From contig CAVYRF010000002.1 in assembly GCA_963770895.1 (NCBI GenBank), positions 3,232,001 through 3,296,000 of the forward strand: a stretch of 64,000 nt of DNA. Direction: 5' to 3'. The translations under genes were made by a program, and so were the position numbers. The notes beneath the pieces are model-generated. The model did no database searches. It was not told where the DNA came from and saw only the letters and a list, made by a program, of their open reading frames with translations. Of this stretch, positions 40,001 through 51,969 are shown piece by piece. The DNA comes from an uncultured Acidobacteriota bacterium (GTDB lineage: Bacteria > Acidobacteriota > Thermoanaerobaculia > Multivoradales > UBA5704). Position 1 is the stretch's first letter; each line of letters opens with the position of its first letter.

Positions 40001-40204
40001 GCCGAGCGCCAGGCGTCCGCCAGCTTCCTGCAACGCCGCATGCGCATCGGCTTTTCGCGCGCGGCGCGCCTGATCGACCTGATGGAGCGCGACGGCCTGC
40101 TCGGTCCCCCCCAGGGCAGCAAGCCGCGCGAGGTGCTGGTCAAGCCCGACTACTTCAACGAGATGGAGATCGAGCAGGGCTACGCGGGCGACGACGACAA
40201 CTGA
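37007..40204 (+). CDS. ftsK: DNA translocase FtsK
   Basis: 4TM N-domain (NWIGPLGA), MPHLLVAGATGAGKS, IIDELADLMM, ATQRPSVDV and gamma domain LQRRMRIGFSRAARLID. Confidence 0.97.
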   Translation: MSVAVTRTNKRPERPTLSPEKGSELLGMALVGLSLLLALSFASYQPSDPSLFHELPEAARSRNWIGPLGAQAAAVGFGFFGVSCFLTPIFLLVAGWRRLRSAAAPRVVGRGFGSALLLASMPALCQVVLGQIPWRGEAQAAGGAIGSVVVGLLDERLNVAGSLVVLALAAALGLALVVQSTLGQVLASWRQRLRQVWQDHTLARERRKERREKERARRRVITKHLQRVVEEKQQKQRRDEDVAARRAPDPSQSPRSPRLAVRGAPMQPLDALNPMIAAGDPGADDVSTMTDGRLDLPLRAAPRQGPADLGVRRVVSRPAAAAFLLDGGAPGAGGNLAPPRGSAPGFAPARGAAPAAAAAGGASAAGAAATFGSAGAAATFGSAGAADAFGATGAFGAAGSSAAAGTAAASGAGGAVGAAGVSGPQPVRVVVRRGTPPGHVSSTGHAPASGQAFTGQTSPAGQASTGSASSAAAASAGSFADEWLDRHDGAGRPQGAEPLRPSRPGTAAPASAAGPAAGGGSSAGAGALPRASDRAAAAGVGVPAAALPQPKLPFAGEANAVPGGGVLPPINLLQLGDGKGTMDETELMRLGEVIRNRCAEFGVEGTIEAISPGPVITVYEFQPAPGVKVAHIVNLQDDLALALKAESVRIDRLAGRSTLGLEVPNRERGVIRLGSLLADERFRKLQSPLTMAIGTTIYGEPYYADLATMPHLLVAGATGAGKSVGLQSMITSILYRATRDEVQFIFIDPKRIELGVYADIPHLKAEVVVDPKKAANALRWAVAEMERRYRLLAEVHVRSIAYYNRAICDPEVRERLALTEDAESSPFTAADLKPMPYYVVIIDELADLMMVSSSEVETSIARLAQMARAVGIHLIVATQRPSVDVLTGTIKANFPCRISYATASRHDSRTILDQVGSEKLLGKGDMLMMPPGSSRVIRLHGAYVSEQETASLVRWLKKQGKPDLDPDVLRAPAESEGHSGEAGDNDDELYDEAARLVVAERQASASFLQRRMRIGFSRAARLIDLMERDGLLGPPQGSKPREVLVKPDYFNEMEIEQGYAGDDDN
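38099..38179 (+). repeat. 27-bp in-frame tandem repeat (about 3 copies) in the FtsK linker
   Basis: GCCGGCGCCGCTGCGACCTTCGGCTCC / GCCGGTGCCGCTGCGACCTTTGGCTCC / GCCGGTGCGGCTGATGCCTTCGGTGCA, encoding AGAAATFGS-like units. Confidence 0.8.
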
Positions 40205-40209
40205 CGGCC

Positions 40210-40252
40210 GCCCCAGCGCCCCCGGCCTTGCGGCCGGAAGGGGCGTCGGGGT
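40210..40252. terminator. Hairpin between convergent ftsK and ctpA
   Basis: GCCCCAGCGCCCCCGGCC-TTGC-GGCCGGAAGGGGCGTCGGGGT imperfect inverted repeat. Confidence 0.35.
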
Positions 40253-40262
40253 GCCGCCGGTG

Positions 40263-41876
40263 CTAGTGGGTTCCCGCGGTGGCGCGCTGCATGGCGGTGC
40301 GGTCGAGCGCGCGGCGCTGGCTGAGCAGGGCGGCGGCGCGATCGAATTCTCCCATGGCGGCGCTCAGCTGCTTGTCGCCCTGTGCCAGGACGCGGTGCAG
40401 GGCTTCCTGGCCGAAGGCGATGTTCATCAGCTCGGCGCGGATCTCCAGCGCCGCGTAGTCACGGCTCTCCTGCGTTTGCAGCGCGTCTTTGGCCTCTTCG
40501 GCGCTGGCGATCGACTGCTGGATCAACCAGTCGTGGAATTCTGAGATCACTTCGGGACCGGGCTTCCAGTCTTCGCTCTTGATCGGGTGGCGATGGCTGT
40601 AGTCGACGGCGAAGTTGGCGAAGGCGTTGCGCGCGCGCAGGAACTGCCCCGCGGCCGACAGCTTGTCGTCTTCGACCACCACGTCGGGGGTGATGCCGCC
40701 GCCGCCGTAGACCTTGCGCCCGAGGTCGGTCTTGAAGATCTCGTCGGCGGGCACGTTCTTGCCGGTGATCTCGGGCGAGCCGGCGTCGGCGTGGGTGTAG
40801 TAGTCGAAATAGGAGGTGTAGTCGCGCTGGATCAGGCGGCCGGACGGCGTGTAGTACTTGGCGGTGGTGAGCGCCAGGCCGGTGCCGTACGACAGGGTGT
40901 ACACGGTCTGCACCAGGCCCTTGCCCCAGCTGGGAGTGCCGACGACCAGGCCGCGGTCGTGGTCCTGCACGGCGCCGGTGACGATCTCGGAGGCCGAGGC
41001 CGTCCCCTCGTTCACCAGCACCACCACCGGCAGGTCGAAGCGGGTCCGCCGGCTGTTCACCTTGTAGGTCTGGAAGGAGTCGCGGGTGCGGCCGCGCGTT
41101 TCCACGATGGTGCTGCCTTCGGGCAGCAGCTCTTCGCACACTTCGATCGCCGGGTCGAGCAGGCCGCCGCCGTTGTTGCGCAGATCGAACAGCAGGCGCG
41201 ACATGCCCTTGGCCTTCAGCTTGTCGATCGCTTCGGCCACTTCGTCGCCGGTGCCGCGGGAAAATTCAGCCACCTGGATGTAGCCGGTCGTCGGCGTCAG
41301 CATGTACGCCACCCGCACCGTGGTCTGCGGGATCTCGGCGCGGGTCACCGCCATTTCAATGGGCTTGCTCAAACCGCGGCGCACGATGCCGATGTGCACC
41401 TGAGTGCCCTTGGGGCCCTTGAGCTTGCCGACCGCTTCGTCCAGCCCCATGGTTTCGGTGGGCTCGCCTTCGATGGTGCTGATGATGTCGCCGGGCTGGA
41501 TGCCGAGCCGCGCGCCGGGGGTGCCTTCGAGCGGCGTGATCACCGTCAGCTGCCCGTCGCGGACGCCGACCATCACGCCCAGCCCGTAGTACGACGTCTG
41601 CTGCCGTTCGCGCATCCCTTCGTAGTCTTCGGCGACCAGGAACGTGGTGTGCGGATCGAGGGTGCGGATCATGCCCTGAATCGAGGCATAGATCAGGTCT
41701 TTGTAAGTCACCTGGGTGCCGTAGCGCTCGTGCGCGATCTTGACCAGGTCGGTATACAGGTGGAGCGAGTCGAGGTTTTGGTCGCTCAGGGCGAGCAGAC
41801 GGTCGCCCAGCAACCCGCCCGTGGCCAGAGCAAGGACGAACAACACGATTGCGGCAATGCGCCAGGAGCGTCTCAT
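40263..41876 (-). CDS. ctpA: S41A carboxy-terminal processing protease (PDZ plus protease)
   Basis: From MRRSWRIAAIVLF: LDPHT, a PDZ domain, DLRNNGGGLL, VNEGTASASEIV, GKGLVQ and TTAKYYTPSG. Confidence 0.94.
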   Translation of the reverse strand: MRRSWRIAAIVLFVLALATGGLLGDRLLALSDQNLDSLHLYTDLVKIAHERYGTQVTYKDLIYASIQGMIRTLDPHTTFLVAEDYEGMRERQQTSYYGLGVMVGVRDGQLTVITPLEGTPGARLGIQPGDIISTIEGEPTETMGLDEAVGKLKGPKGTQVHIGIVRRGLSKPIEMAVTRAEIPQTTVRVAYMLTPTTGYIQVAEFSRGTGDEVAEAIDKLKAKGMSRLLFDLRNNGGGLLDPAIEVCEELLPEGSTIVETRGRTRDSFQTYKVNSRRTRFDLPVVVLVNEGTASASEIVTGAVQDHDRGLVVGTPSWGKGLVQTVYTLSYGTGLALTTAKYYTPSGRLIQRDYTSYFDYYTHADAGSPEITGKNVPADEIFKTDLGRKVYGGGGITPDVVVEDDKLSAAGQFLRARNAFANFAVDYSHRHPIKSEDWKPGPEVISEFHDWLIQQSIASAEEAKDALQTQESRDYAALEIRAELMNIAFGQEALHRVLAQGDKQLSAAMGEFDRAAALLSQRRALDRTAMQRATAGTH

Positions 41877-43915
41877 AATGATCCAGTGTACCACCGGCCC
41901 TGCCGCGGGTCGCGCTGCAAAAGGTAGAAGCCGGTGCGGGCCGGGCTTTCGGCGTCCGGGCAGGTCGTGACGGAAATGCGGTGCGCGCCCGGGGACAGGG
42001 CGACCGGCACCAGCAGGCCGCGTCCCAGGACGGCGTGCAGGGAGGCGGAGGTGGCGGCGATCAGCCGCCCGTCCAGGGTGAGCTGCGAGGGGCCCGACGG
42101 CGCCAGCTCGTAGAGGGTCTGGATGGCCGCGGCCGCCGTCTGGTCGTGCGCCAGCTCGATGCAGGCGCCCTGGGGGGCCAGCCGCCGCGCGTCGACGTAG
42201 CCTTCGACCTCGCCGCCGGCGCCCGGCGCCAGCCGCGGATAGGCGGCGCCGCCGGCCGGCTCCCGCCAATCCAGCACGAAAGCCCGGCCGTCCCGTTGCA
42301 GGCGGAAGGCGGCGTCGCTGCCGCGCCGCAGGACGACCGCTCGCGGATCGCCGTTCAGGCGCGCCAGCAGCCGTGCCGCCGAGGCGGTTTCGGGGAAGGC
42401 GACGATGTCGCTGTCGAGCAGGCGGGTCGCGACCAGCGGCACGTCCGGCTCGTCGCCGGCGAAGACCGCGCGCTGGGCGGCGTAGACCCGCGGATACGGC
42501 ACCGCCATGAATACCGGGTCGAGCACGTTCAGGTAGGCCGCCTGCGGCGCCCAGAACATGTAGATCGGCGTCGCCCACCACGGCGCCGCCACCCGCGCGC
42601 CGGGCGGCAGCGCGCGCGACAGGGCGACGCGCTGCGCCAGCCGCACCGCCCCCGGACCGGGATCGGTTTCGGCCGCCAGGTTGTACGCCAGTCCCAGGGC
42701 GGGCAGCCACCCGGCGGCCAGACAGACGGCCAACACCGCGACCAGCGGCAGCCTGCGGCCACCGGCGACGACGATCCAACGGCCGGGCGCGCGGCCGCGC
42801 CGCCGCAGCTCGAAGAGCGTCCACAGCGTCGCCAGCGGATAGAAGTAGGTGGCGAAGCGCAGCATCAGGAGGTACAGCACGGCAAACACCACGGTGGCGA
42901 TGGCGAAGATGTCGGCCGCCGCCGCCACCGCGCCGGCGTCGGAAGCATCCTGACCGCCGCCGCTTTCTGCGCCGGCATGGACGCCGGCCTGGACCGTCTG
43001 CGCGCCGCCGTCGCGCCGCGGCGAGCACCATAGTGCTGCCATGGCCAGGAACCAGGCGAGGCTTCCCAGCAGCACGTCCCGGGAGGAGGCGGGGAACAGC
43101 TCTGCCGCCATGTCCAGAGCGCCGCCCAGGCGGAACAGCTGGACGTTCTGCACCACCCAGACGTCCAGGTTGTGGGGGAAATTGGGGTGCACCACCAGGC
43201 CCAGCCCGGTGCCCAGCGCGGCATACAGCGGCAGCGCCCATTCCCAGCGCCGGCGCGCCCAGCCGAAGAACAGGAAGCACAGTCCGGCCAGGCCCAGCAG
43301 GGCGTGGAACGCGGTGTAGCTGAGGGCGTACAGGCCGCAGATCCCGCCGGCCAGCCGGTAGCGCCGCCGCGCCATCGCCCAGCAGGCCAGCAGCAGCAAC
43401 GCCAGCGACAGCAGCTCTGGCCGCAGGCGGCCCAGGCGCTCGGCGGTTGCCGGGGAGGCGTAGACCAGCAGGAACGGCAGGGCCAGGCCCCACCAGCCCA
43501 CCGCCCGCGCCCCCAGGTACGCCAGGACGCCGGCGACCAGGGCGACGCACAAGCCCATGGCCAGCGCCCCGGCCAGCCGCGGGTCCTGTGCCCCGGCCAG
43601 GCTGGCGCACGGCGCGATCAGCAGGTGAAACAGCAGCTCCTTGTCGCCGAAGCCCTGATGCATCAGGCTGAAACGCGCCCAGGGAAGGTCGCGCAGGATG
43701 CCGTGCGCCGCCATGGCGCGGGCGATCGCCAGGTGGTAGTACGAATCCGCCCCCGGCAGCAGACGCGCGCGCAACGCCAGAAAGCAGGCCGCGAACGCGG
43801 CCAGCCCGGCAAGCGCGCTGGCCGCCCACAGCCGTGCGCCCCGCGGCCCGTCGGGCCGGCCGGCCGTGCCCGCAGGGCGATCTGGCCCAGCGCCGTCCGC
43901 AGCCGCGCCGCTCAT
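41873..43915 (-). CDS. Polytopic GT-C-type membrane protein (STT3/ArnT-like) with a periplasmic C-terminal domain
   Basis: DSYYHL after TM1, about 11-13 TM segments, RLRPE, then RVAAPWWATP...LDPVF. Confidence 0.6.
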   Translation of the reverse strand: MSGAAADGAGPDRPAGTAGRPDGPRGARLWAASALAGLAAFAACFLALRARLLPGADSYYHLAIARAMAAHGILRDLPWARFSLMHQGFGDKELLFHLLIAPCASLAGAQDPRLAGALAMGLCVALVAGVLAYLGARAVGWWGLALPFLLVYASPATAERLGRLRPELLSLALLLLACWAMARRRYRLAGGICGLYALSYTAFHALLGLAGLCFLFFGWARRRWEWALPLYAALGTGLGLVVHPNFPHNLDVWVVQNVQLFRLGGALDMAAELFPASSRDVLLGSLAWFLAMAALWCSPRRDGGAQTVQAGVHAGAESGGGQDASDAGAVAAAADIFAIATVVFAVLYLLMLRFATYFYPLATLWTLFELRRRGRAPGRWIVVAGGRRLPLVAVLAVCLAAGWLPALGLAYNLAAETDPGPGAVRLAQRVALSRALPPGARVAAPWWATPIYMFWAPQAAYLNVLDPVFMAVPYPRVYAAQRAVFAGDEPDVPLVATRLLDSDIVAFPETASAARLLARLNGDPRAVVLRRGSDAAFRLQRDGRAFVLDWREPAGGAAYPRLAPGAGGEVEGYVDARRLAPQGACIELAHDQTAAAAIQTLYELAPSGPSQLTLDGRLIAATSASLHAVLGRGLLVPVALSPGAHRISVTTCPDAESPARTGFYLLQRDPRQGRWYTGSL

Positions 43916-44040
43916 CGCCGAGATCGTAGTGCAAGTGCGCGGCGCTGTCATGGCTCGCCTGCCCCGGCGCCAGCGGCGGCAGCGGCGGGCGGGGCGCGCT
44001 CGGCTTGACTTCGCCTCCTTGCCGCCGGATGATCGATCGA

Positions 44041-44604
44041 ATGTTCGGCTTCGGCGGACTCAGTGACATTCTGTTTATCGCCTTTCTGGCGATGCTGATC
44101 TTCGGGCCCAAAAAGCTGCCCGAGATCGGCCGCACGCTGGCCAAGGCCATCGCGGAGGTGCGCAAGGCCTCCAACGAGCTGAAACGCACTCTCAACAGCG
44201 AGCTGGCCGTCGTCGAGCAGGAGAACAACGCCCGCCGCATCCAGGAGCTGGATGCCGCCGCCGCCACGGCGCCGCTCGGCTACGTCCCGCCGCCGCCGAT
44301 GATGCCCACGGCGCCGCCGCCCGATACCCAGCCGGTCACCCCGGGCGGTTTCGCCGCCAGCAGCCTGGCGCTCCCCGAAACCGCTGCCCCTGTCGAGCCT
44401 GCCGCGCTCGCAGAGCCCGGCGCGCCTGTCGCGTCCGCGCCTGTCGCGTTCGAGGCAGGCGTTGGTGCAGCGGCCGAATCCGCGTCGATCCCTGCCCACT
44501 CCGCCGTCGCTGCCGAGCCCGCGGCGCAGCACGCGCTGTTCCCGCCGTATGGCGAAGGGCACGCCCCACCTCACGCGCCGCCGGCGGACGGTGAGGCGCC
44601 GTAG
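44041..44604 (+). CDS. Twin-arginine translocase TatA/TatB subunit
   Basis: MLIFGPKKLPEIGRTLAKAIAEVRKASNELK with a long Pro/Ala tail; directly upstream of tatC. Confidence 0.88.
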   Translation: MFGFGGLSDILFIAFLAMLIFGPKKLPEIGRTLAKAIAEVRKASNELKRTLNSELAVVEQENNARRIQELDAAAATAPLGYVPPPPMMPTAPPPDTQPVTPGGFAASSLALPETAAPVEPAALAEPGAPVASAPVAFEAGVGAAAESASIPAHSAVAAEPAAQHALFPPYGEGHAPPHAPPADGEAP

Positions 44605-44631
44605 CCGCGCGCGAGCGGACCGCTGCAAACC

Positions 44632-45432
44632 ATGAGCGACGGACCTGCGAATCCCGGCCAGGGGTTGACCGAAGAGCAGCTGCAGCGCATGTCGCTCATC
44701 CAGCACCTGGAGGAGCTGCGCAAGCGCATCCTGTGGTCGATCGCGTTCGTCGCGCTGATGTTCTTCCCCTGCTGGGCGAAGGTCGAAGTGATCTTTGCCT
44801 TCTTCGAAAAGCCGGTCAAAGCCATCCTGCCGGCCGGCAAGAAGCTGGCGTACATGGGGATCACCGATCCCTTCATCCTGTACTTCAAGGTGGCCGGCCT
44901 GACGGCGCTCTTCCTGTCGTCGCCGTTCATCCTGTACCAGGTATGGAAGTTCATCTCGCCCGGCCTCTACCGGCGCGAGCGGCGCTACGTCCTGCCGTTC
45001 ATCTTCTTTGGCACGTTCTTCTTTCTCGCCGGCGGCACCTTCGCCTACAAGATCGCCTTTCCCTACGCCGCACGCTTCCTGATCGGCGTCGGCTCCGATT
45101 TCGAACCGGTGCTCACCATCGAGCGCTATTTCGGCTTCGAGATGGGGGTGATCCTGGGGCTGGGCCTGATGTTCGAGCTGCCGATCGTGATCTTCACCGT
45201 CTGCGAGATCGGCCTGGTCACGCCAGCCTTCCTGATCAAGCACTTCCGCTACGCGGTGCTGATCATTTTCATCATGGCGGCGATCATCACTCCCACCCCC
45301 GACGTCTTCAACATGTGCGTCTTTGCCGCCCCGACGCTGGCGCTCTACCTGCTCGGCGTCGGCGCCTCGGCCCTGTCACAGCTGCGCCGGCGGCGAAGAA
45401 GTCTCACCCCGCAGGCCGCTACGCGTACCTGA
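44632..45432 (+). CDS. tatC: Twin-arginine translocase TatC
   Basis: MSLIQHLEELRKR, YQVWKFISPGLY, FELP and AAIITPTPD. Confidence 0.96.
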   Translation: MSDGPANPGQGLTEEQLQRMSLIQHLEELRKRILWSIAFVALMFFPCWAKVEVIFAFFEKPVKAILPAGKKLAYMGITDPFILYFKVAGLTALFLSSPFILYQVWKFISPGLYRRERRYVLPFIFFGTFFFLAGGTFAYKIAFPYAARFLIGVGSDFEPVLTIERYFGFEMGVILGLGLMFELPIVIFTVCEIGLVTPAFLIKHFRYAVLIIFIMAAIITPTPDVFNMCVFAAPTLALYLLGVGASALSQLRRRRRSLTPQAATRT

Positions 45433-45510
45433 TCAAACGGCTCCGGCTGTCGACGACGGATGTTTCGTCGGTGGTGGGCGGCTGGCAGCGGTGCGCCGCC
45501 GTTGGGGGGC

Positions 45511-47496
45511 TTACTGCGCGGCGTAGCCGAGCGAGCGCAGGCGGGCGGCGTCCTCGCTCGACAGCGTCTGGCGCTGGGCGAGGTCGGCGGGAGCGGCGGC
45601 GGGATTGCGGCGCTGGGCAAGCCAGGCGTCGAGCAGGCCGGCCATCTCTGCTTCCGCGGCGTTGCCCTGGCCCGCCAGGTTGTGGTTCTCGCTCGGGTCG
45701 GCGCGCAGATCGTACAGCGACGGGCCGTCGGGAAAGACCAGCGTGTTGCCGCGGCTGACGATGTACTTGTAATCGCGCGTGCGGACCATGGCGCCGAAGC
45801 CGTTGGAGTGCTCGGCGAACACGGCGCGGCGGCCGGTGGCGGCGGTGCCGGAGCCAGCGCTGCCGGCGGCGCCCGCGCCCGCACCGGCGGACAGGCGGCG
45901 CAGGTCGATGCCGTCTTCTGCCGGCACCGGCAGGCGGGCGGCGGCGAGCAGCGTCGGGAACAGGTCGATCGTCTGCACCATGCCGTCGTAGCGGTGTCCG
46001 GGACGGCTCGGTCCCGGCCAGCGCACCAGCAGCGGCACGTGCGTCGTGGTGTCGAACAGCCCTACGTGGCGATAGCGGATGCCGTGCTCGCCCAGGTTCT
46101 CGCCGTGATCGGCCACCAGCGCCACCAGCGTCGTGTCCAGCAGGCCGCGGCTGTCCATGGCGTCGAGCAGCCGGCCCAGCTGGCGGTCCATGTAGGCGAT
46201 CTCCCCGTCGTACAGGTCGCTGTTGCCGGCCAGGACCGGCTCGTCGAAGCGGCGCGGCCCGAGCGCCCGGAACGGCACCCACGCCACCACCGGCTGCATC
46301 CCCATCGCCGCCGCCGGGCGCAGGCCGTCGGAATAGGGCTGCGGCGGGGTGTGCGGGGTGTGGGCGTCGAACAGGTGCAGCCAGACGAAGAAGGGCTTCG
46401 GCCGGGTGCAATGGTCGGCGAGCCAGTCGATCGTCTGGTCGACACCCATTTCAGCGGCGTAGTGTTCGTCGGCGCGCATCACCTGGTCGAAGCCCTGGCC
46501 CAGCCCGGAGTTGTGGTCCCCCAGGTGGCGCGCCGCAATGATCGCCATCGTCTGGTAGCCGGCGTCGGACAGGCGGTGGGCCAGGGTGACGAAGCTCGCC
46601 GGCAGGCGGGTGTGCAGGTCGTAGACGCCGTGGTTCTTGCCATACAGGCCGGTCATGATCGAAGCGAAGCTGGGGTTGGTGGCGTTGAAGGTCGAATACG
46701 CCGCGGTCCAGACGTCGCTCTGCTCGGCCAGCTTGTCGATCGTCGGGGTGAGGCTGGGACGACGACCCCACGGGCCGAGCCGGTCGGCCCGCAGGGTGTC
46801 AAACCCGACCAACAGGATGTTGGGACGGGAGGGTAGGAAGGCCGACGGCTGAGGCTGCCGGCTGTACAGCGCGGGGCTCCCCCAGAGCACCGTCGGGCCA
46901 GGCTGGCCGGGGGGCATGGGGGTGGGTATCTCGACCTGGAACAGCAGGTCCACGTCGTCGCCGGCGTAGGCCGACAGGTCGATTTCGACCGCCTTGGGCG
47001 CGGTCGGACCCAGGGGCTGGGCGATGGTCTCGAACTTCACGAAGATGCCGTTGTCGCGCAAGCCCATGCGGTACTTGCAGTTGGGACAGGGCTTGTCGAA
47101 GCCGAGGGGGATGAACGAGACGTAGCTGCCCTCGTCGATGTGGGCGCGCCACTTGAGGCGCGAGCCGGCCATCTGCTCGAGCACTTGGATCTCGCCGGGA
47201 GAGGCCTTGGGGAACTGCTTCTGCTGGTCGGGCGGCACCTGCGCCAGGTCGCGCACTTCGCCGGCGCCCAGGCTGGCCGTGCGCTGCTGGTAGGCCTGGG
47301 AATCGGTGAGGCCCGGCGGCGTCAGCTCGACGAAGGGCTTTTCCTTGGTGAGGTCGAGCCTCACCCAGGGCTTGCCGAGGGGCTGCTTGTGGCAGCCGGC
47401 GAGAGCGAGCGCCGCGATCAGGCCGGCGGCGATGGCGACTCCCAGGGCTGCGGTGGCAGCGAGCGCGGCCACAGGTCTTGCGTGTTGTCGGCTCAT
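45511..47496 (-). CDS. Sulfatase-like (alkaline phosphatase superfamily) lipoprotein with Thr at the nucleophile position
   Basis: Lipobox LAGC, PNILLVGFDTLRADRLG, ATNPSFASIMTGLY, FDAHTPH, ADHGE and LYDLRADPSE. Confidence 0.85.
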   Translation of the reverse strand: MSRQHARPVAALAATAALGVAIAAGLIAALALAGCHKQPLGKPWVRLDLTKEKPFVELTPPGLTDSQAYQQRTASLGAGEVRDLAQVPPDQQKQFPKASPGEIQVLEQMAGSRLKWRAHIDEGSYVSFIPLGFDKPCPNCKYRMGLRDNGIFVKFETIAQPLGPTAPKAVEIDLSAYAGDDVDLLFQVEIPTPMPPGQPGPTVLWGSPALYSRQPQPSAFLPSRPNILLVGFDTLRADRLGPWGRRPSLTPTIDKLAEQSDVWTAAYSTFNATNPSFASIMTGLYGKNHGVYDLHTRLPASFVTLAHRLSDAGYQTMAIIAARHLGDHNSGLGQGFDQVMRADEHYAAEMGVDQTIDWLADHCTRPKPFFVWLHLFDAHTPHTPPQPYSDGLRPAAAMGMQPVVAWVPFRALGPRRFDEPVLAGNSDLYDGEIAYMDRQLGRLLDAMDSRGLLDTTLVALVADHGENLGEHGIRYRHVGLFDTTTHVPLLVRWPGPSRPGHRYDGMVQTIDLFPTLLAAARLPVPAEDGIDLRRLSAGAGAGAAGSAGSGTAATGRRAVFAEHSNGFGAMVRTRDYKYIVSRGNTLVFPDGPSLYDLRADPSENHNLAGQGNAAEAEMAGLLDAWLAQRRNPAAAPADLAQRQTLSSEDAARLRSLGYAAQ

Positions 47497-47613
47497 GGTC
47501 TCCTTTTCCTGAAAGGTTGTGGTTGGGATCCAGGGCGCATGGCGTCCGGGTGCGGCAGCTGCGCGCGCGGCTCTTTGGTGGGAGCGGCGCGCGGGCGACA
47601 AAATACCACGACG

Positions 47614-48210
47614 TCAGGCGGGCGGCAGGAAGTCGGCGAGCAGGCGGTCCCAGTCGCCGCGCGCGCGCAGCACGATCTCGATCACTTCGCGCGCGGCGCC
47701 GCGGCCGCCGCGCCGCGCCAATACGCTGTGTACGCGGCGACGCACCTCGTCGTCGGCGTCGGCGGGAGCGAACGACAGGCCGCACACCAGCAGCACCGGC
47801 AGATCGACCAGGTCGTCGCCGACGTAGGCCACGCGGTCGGCGGTGGTGCCGTGGTCGGCCAGGAACTGGCGAAAGGCGGCGTGCTTGTCGAGCCGGTGGG
47901 TGAGCACCGCGTCGGCCCCGATCTCCGCCGCCCGCGCGTCCAGGGCGCGGCTGGCGCGCCCGGTGAGCAGGCCGATCTTGAGGCCGGCGCGGCGCGCCAG
48001 CATGAAGCCCAGGCCGTCGCGCACGTCGAACACCTTCCACTGCTCGCCGTCGGCGCCGTAGACCAGGCGGCCGTCGGTCAGCACGCCGTCGACGTCGAAC
48101 AGCACCCATTCGATCGTCGCCGCGCGCGCGGTCATCCGTTCGGCCGCCAGCGTGTCGCCCTCGTCGGGGGAGGCCTGCCGCGGTCCCTGCACCACGCTTT
48201 CGCTGGTCAA
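47614..48210 (-). CDS. kdsC: KDO-8-phosphate phosphatase
   Basis: FDVDGVLTDG, FDVRDGLG, YVGDDLVD and GGRGAARE. Start uncertain (TTG 48210 or ATG 48135). Confidence 0.92.
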   Translation of the reverse strand: MTSESVVQGPRQASPDEGDTLAAERMTARAATIEWVLFDVDGVLTDGRLVYGADGEQWKVFDVRDGLGFMLARRAGLKIGLLTGRASRALDARAAEIGADAVLTHRLDKHAAFRQFLADHGTTADRVAYVGDDLVDLPVLLVCGLSFAPADADDEVRRRVHSVLARRGGRGAAREVIEIVLRARGDWDRLLADFLPPA

Positions 48211-49303
48211 AACAGCTCCAGTCCCCACAGGTCGTGCACGTGCAGCACGCCGATCAGCTGCTGCTCCGCGTCGCAGATGAACAGCGAGGTGATGCGGTGA
48301 TCCTCCATCAGCTTGAGCGCCGAGGCGGCGAGCGCGTCGCGGGCGATGGTGCGCGGCCGCGGGTTCATGCAGTCGCCGGCGGTGCGCCGCAGCAGCTCTT
48401 CGTCGGTCGAGAACAGCCGCCGCAGGTCGCCGTCCGAGATGCAGCCGGCCAGGCGCAGGTCTGCGTCGGAGCGGGTGACGGCGGTGATGCCCAACCCCTT
48501 GGCCGACATCTCGTAGATGGCGTCGCGCATCGACGTGGCGAGCGCCACGCGCGGCAGGGCCGGGCCGTCGTGCATGAGGTGCTCGACCCGCAGCATGCGC
48601 TTGCCCAGGCTGCCGGCGGGATGGAGCAGCGCAAAATCTTCGGCGGTGAAGCCGCGCGCTTCCGAGGCGGCCATCGCCAGCGCATCGCCCAGCGCCAGCA
48701 TGGCGGTGGTGGAAGCGGTGGGGGCCAGGTTGTGCGGGCACGCCTCGCGGTCGATCGCCACGCCCAGGTGCAGGTCGGCGTGGCGGGCGAGGGGCGATGC
48801 CGGGTTGCCGGTCATGGCGATCAGCGGCACTCCCAGGCGCTTGAGCGTCGCCACCAGGCGCAGCAGCTCTTCGGTGGTGCCCGACGCGGAGGCGGCGAGC
48901 ACGGCGTCGCCGGCCACGATCATCCCCAGGTCGCCGTGCACCGCCTCCGCCGGGTGCAGGAAGAGCGCCGGCGTGCCGGTCGAAGACAGGGTGGCGGCGA
49001 CCTTCTTCATGATCAGGCCGCTCTTGCCCATGCCGGTGCAGACCACGCGGCCCGTCGTCGCCTGCAGCGTCGCCACGGCGCGGTCGAAGGCTTCGTCGAG
49101 CTGCGGCAGCAGGCCCTGGATGGCGGCAGCCTCGGTCGCCAGCACCTGGGCGGCCACTTCGCGCGGCGGCCGATGGCGGCGATGCTCGCGGTGCCGCGAT
49201 TGCGGCGGCTGCGGCTGCTGCTGTGGCGGCGGCGCCGGCGGGGCGACGGCCTGCGGCCGGCGGGGGCCGCCTGGGCGGCGGCGCGGCGGCACGCTGGAGA
49301 GGG

Positions 49304-49307
<4 letters not shown>
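48207..49307 (-). CDS. kdsD: Arabinose-5-phosphate isomerase (SIS plus CBS)
   Basis: TGMGKSG, HPAEAVHGDLG, EACPHNLAPTAST, HPAGSLG and a CBS pair. Confidence 0.95.

Positions 49308-51969
<2,662 letters not shown>

Noticed and set aside
40263-44267. 1334-aa apparent fusion ORF ending in the S41 protease
   Set aside because: Only the part from ATG 41876 is protease. The upstream part is an Arg/Gly/Pro-rich off-frame read of the membrane-protein gene.
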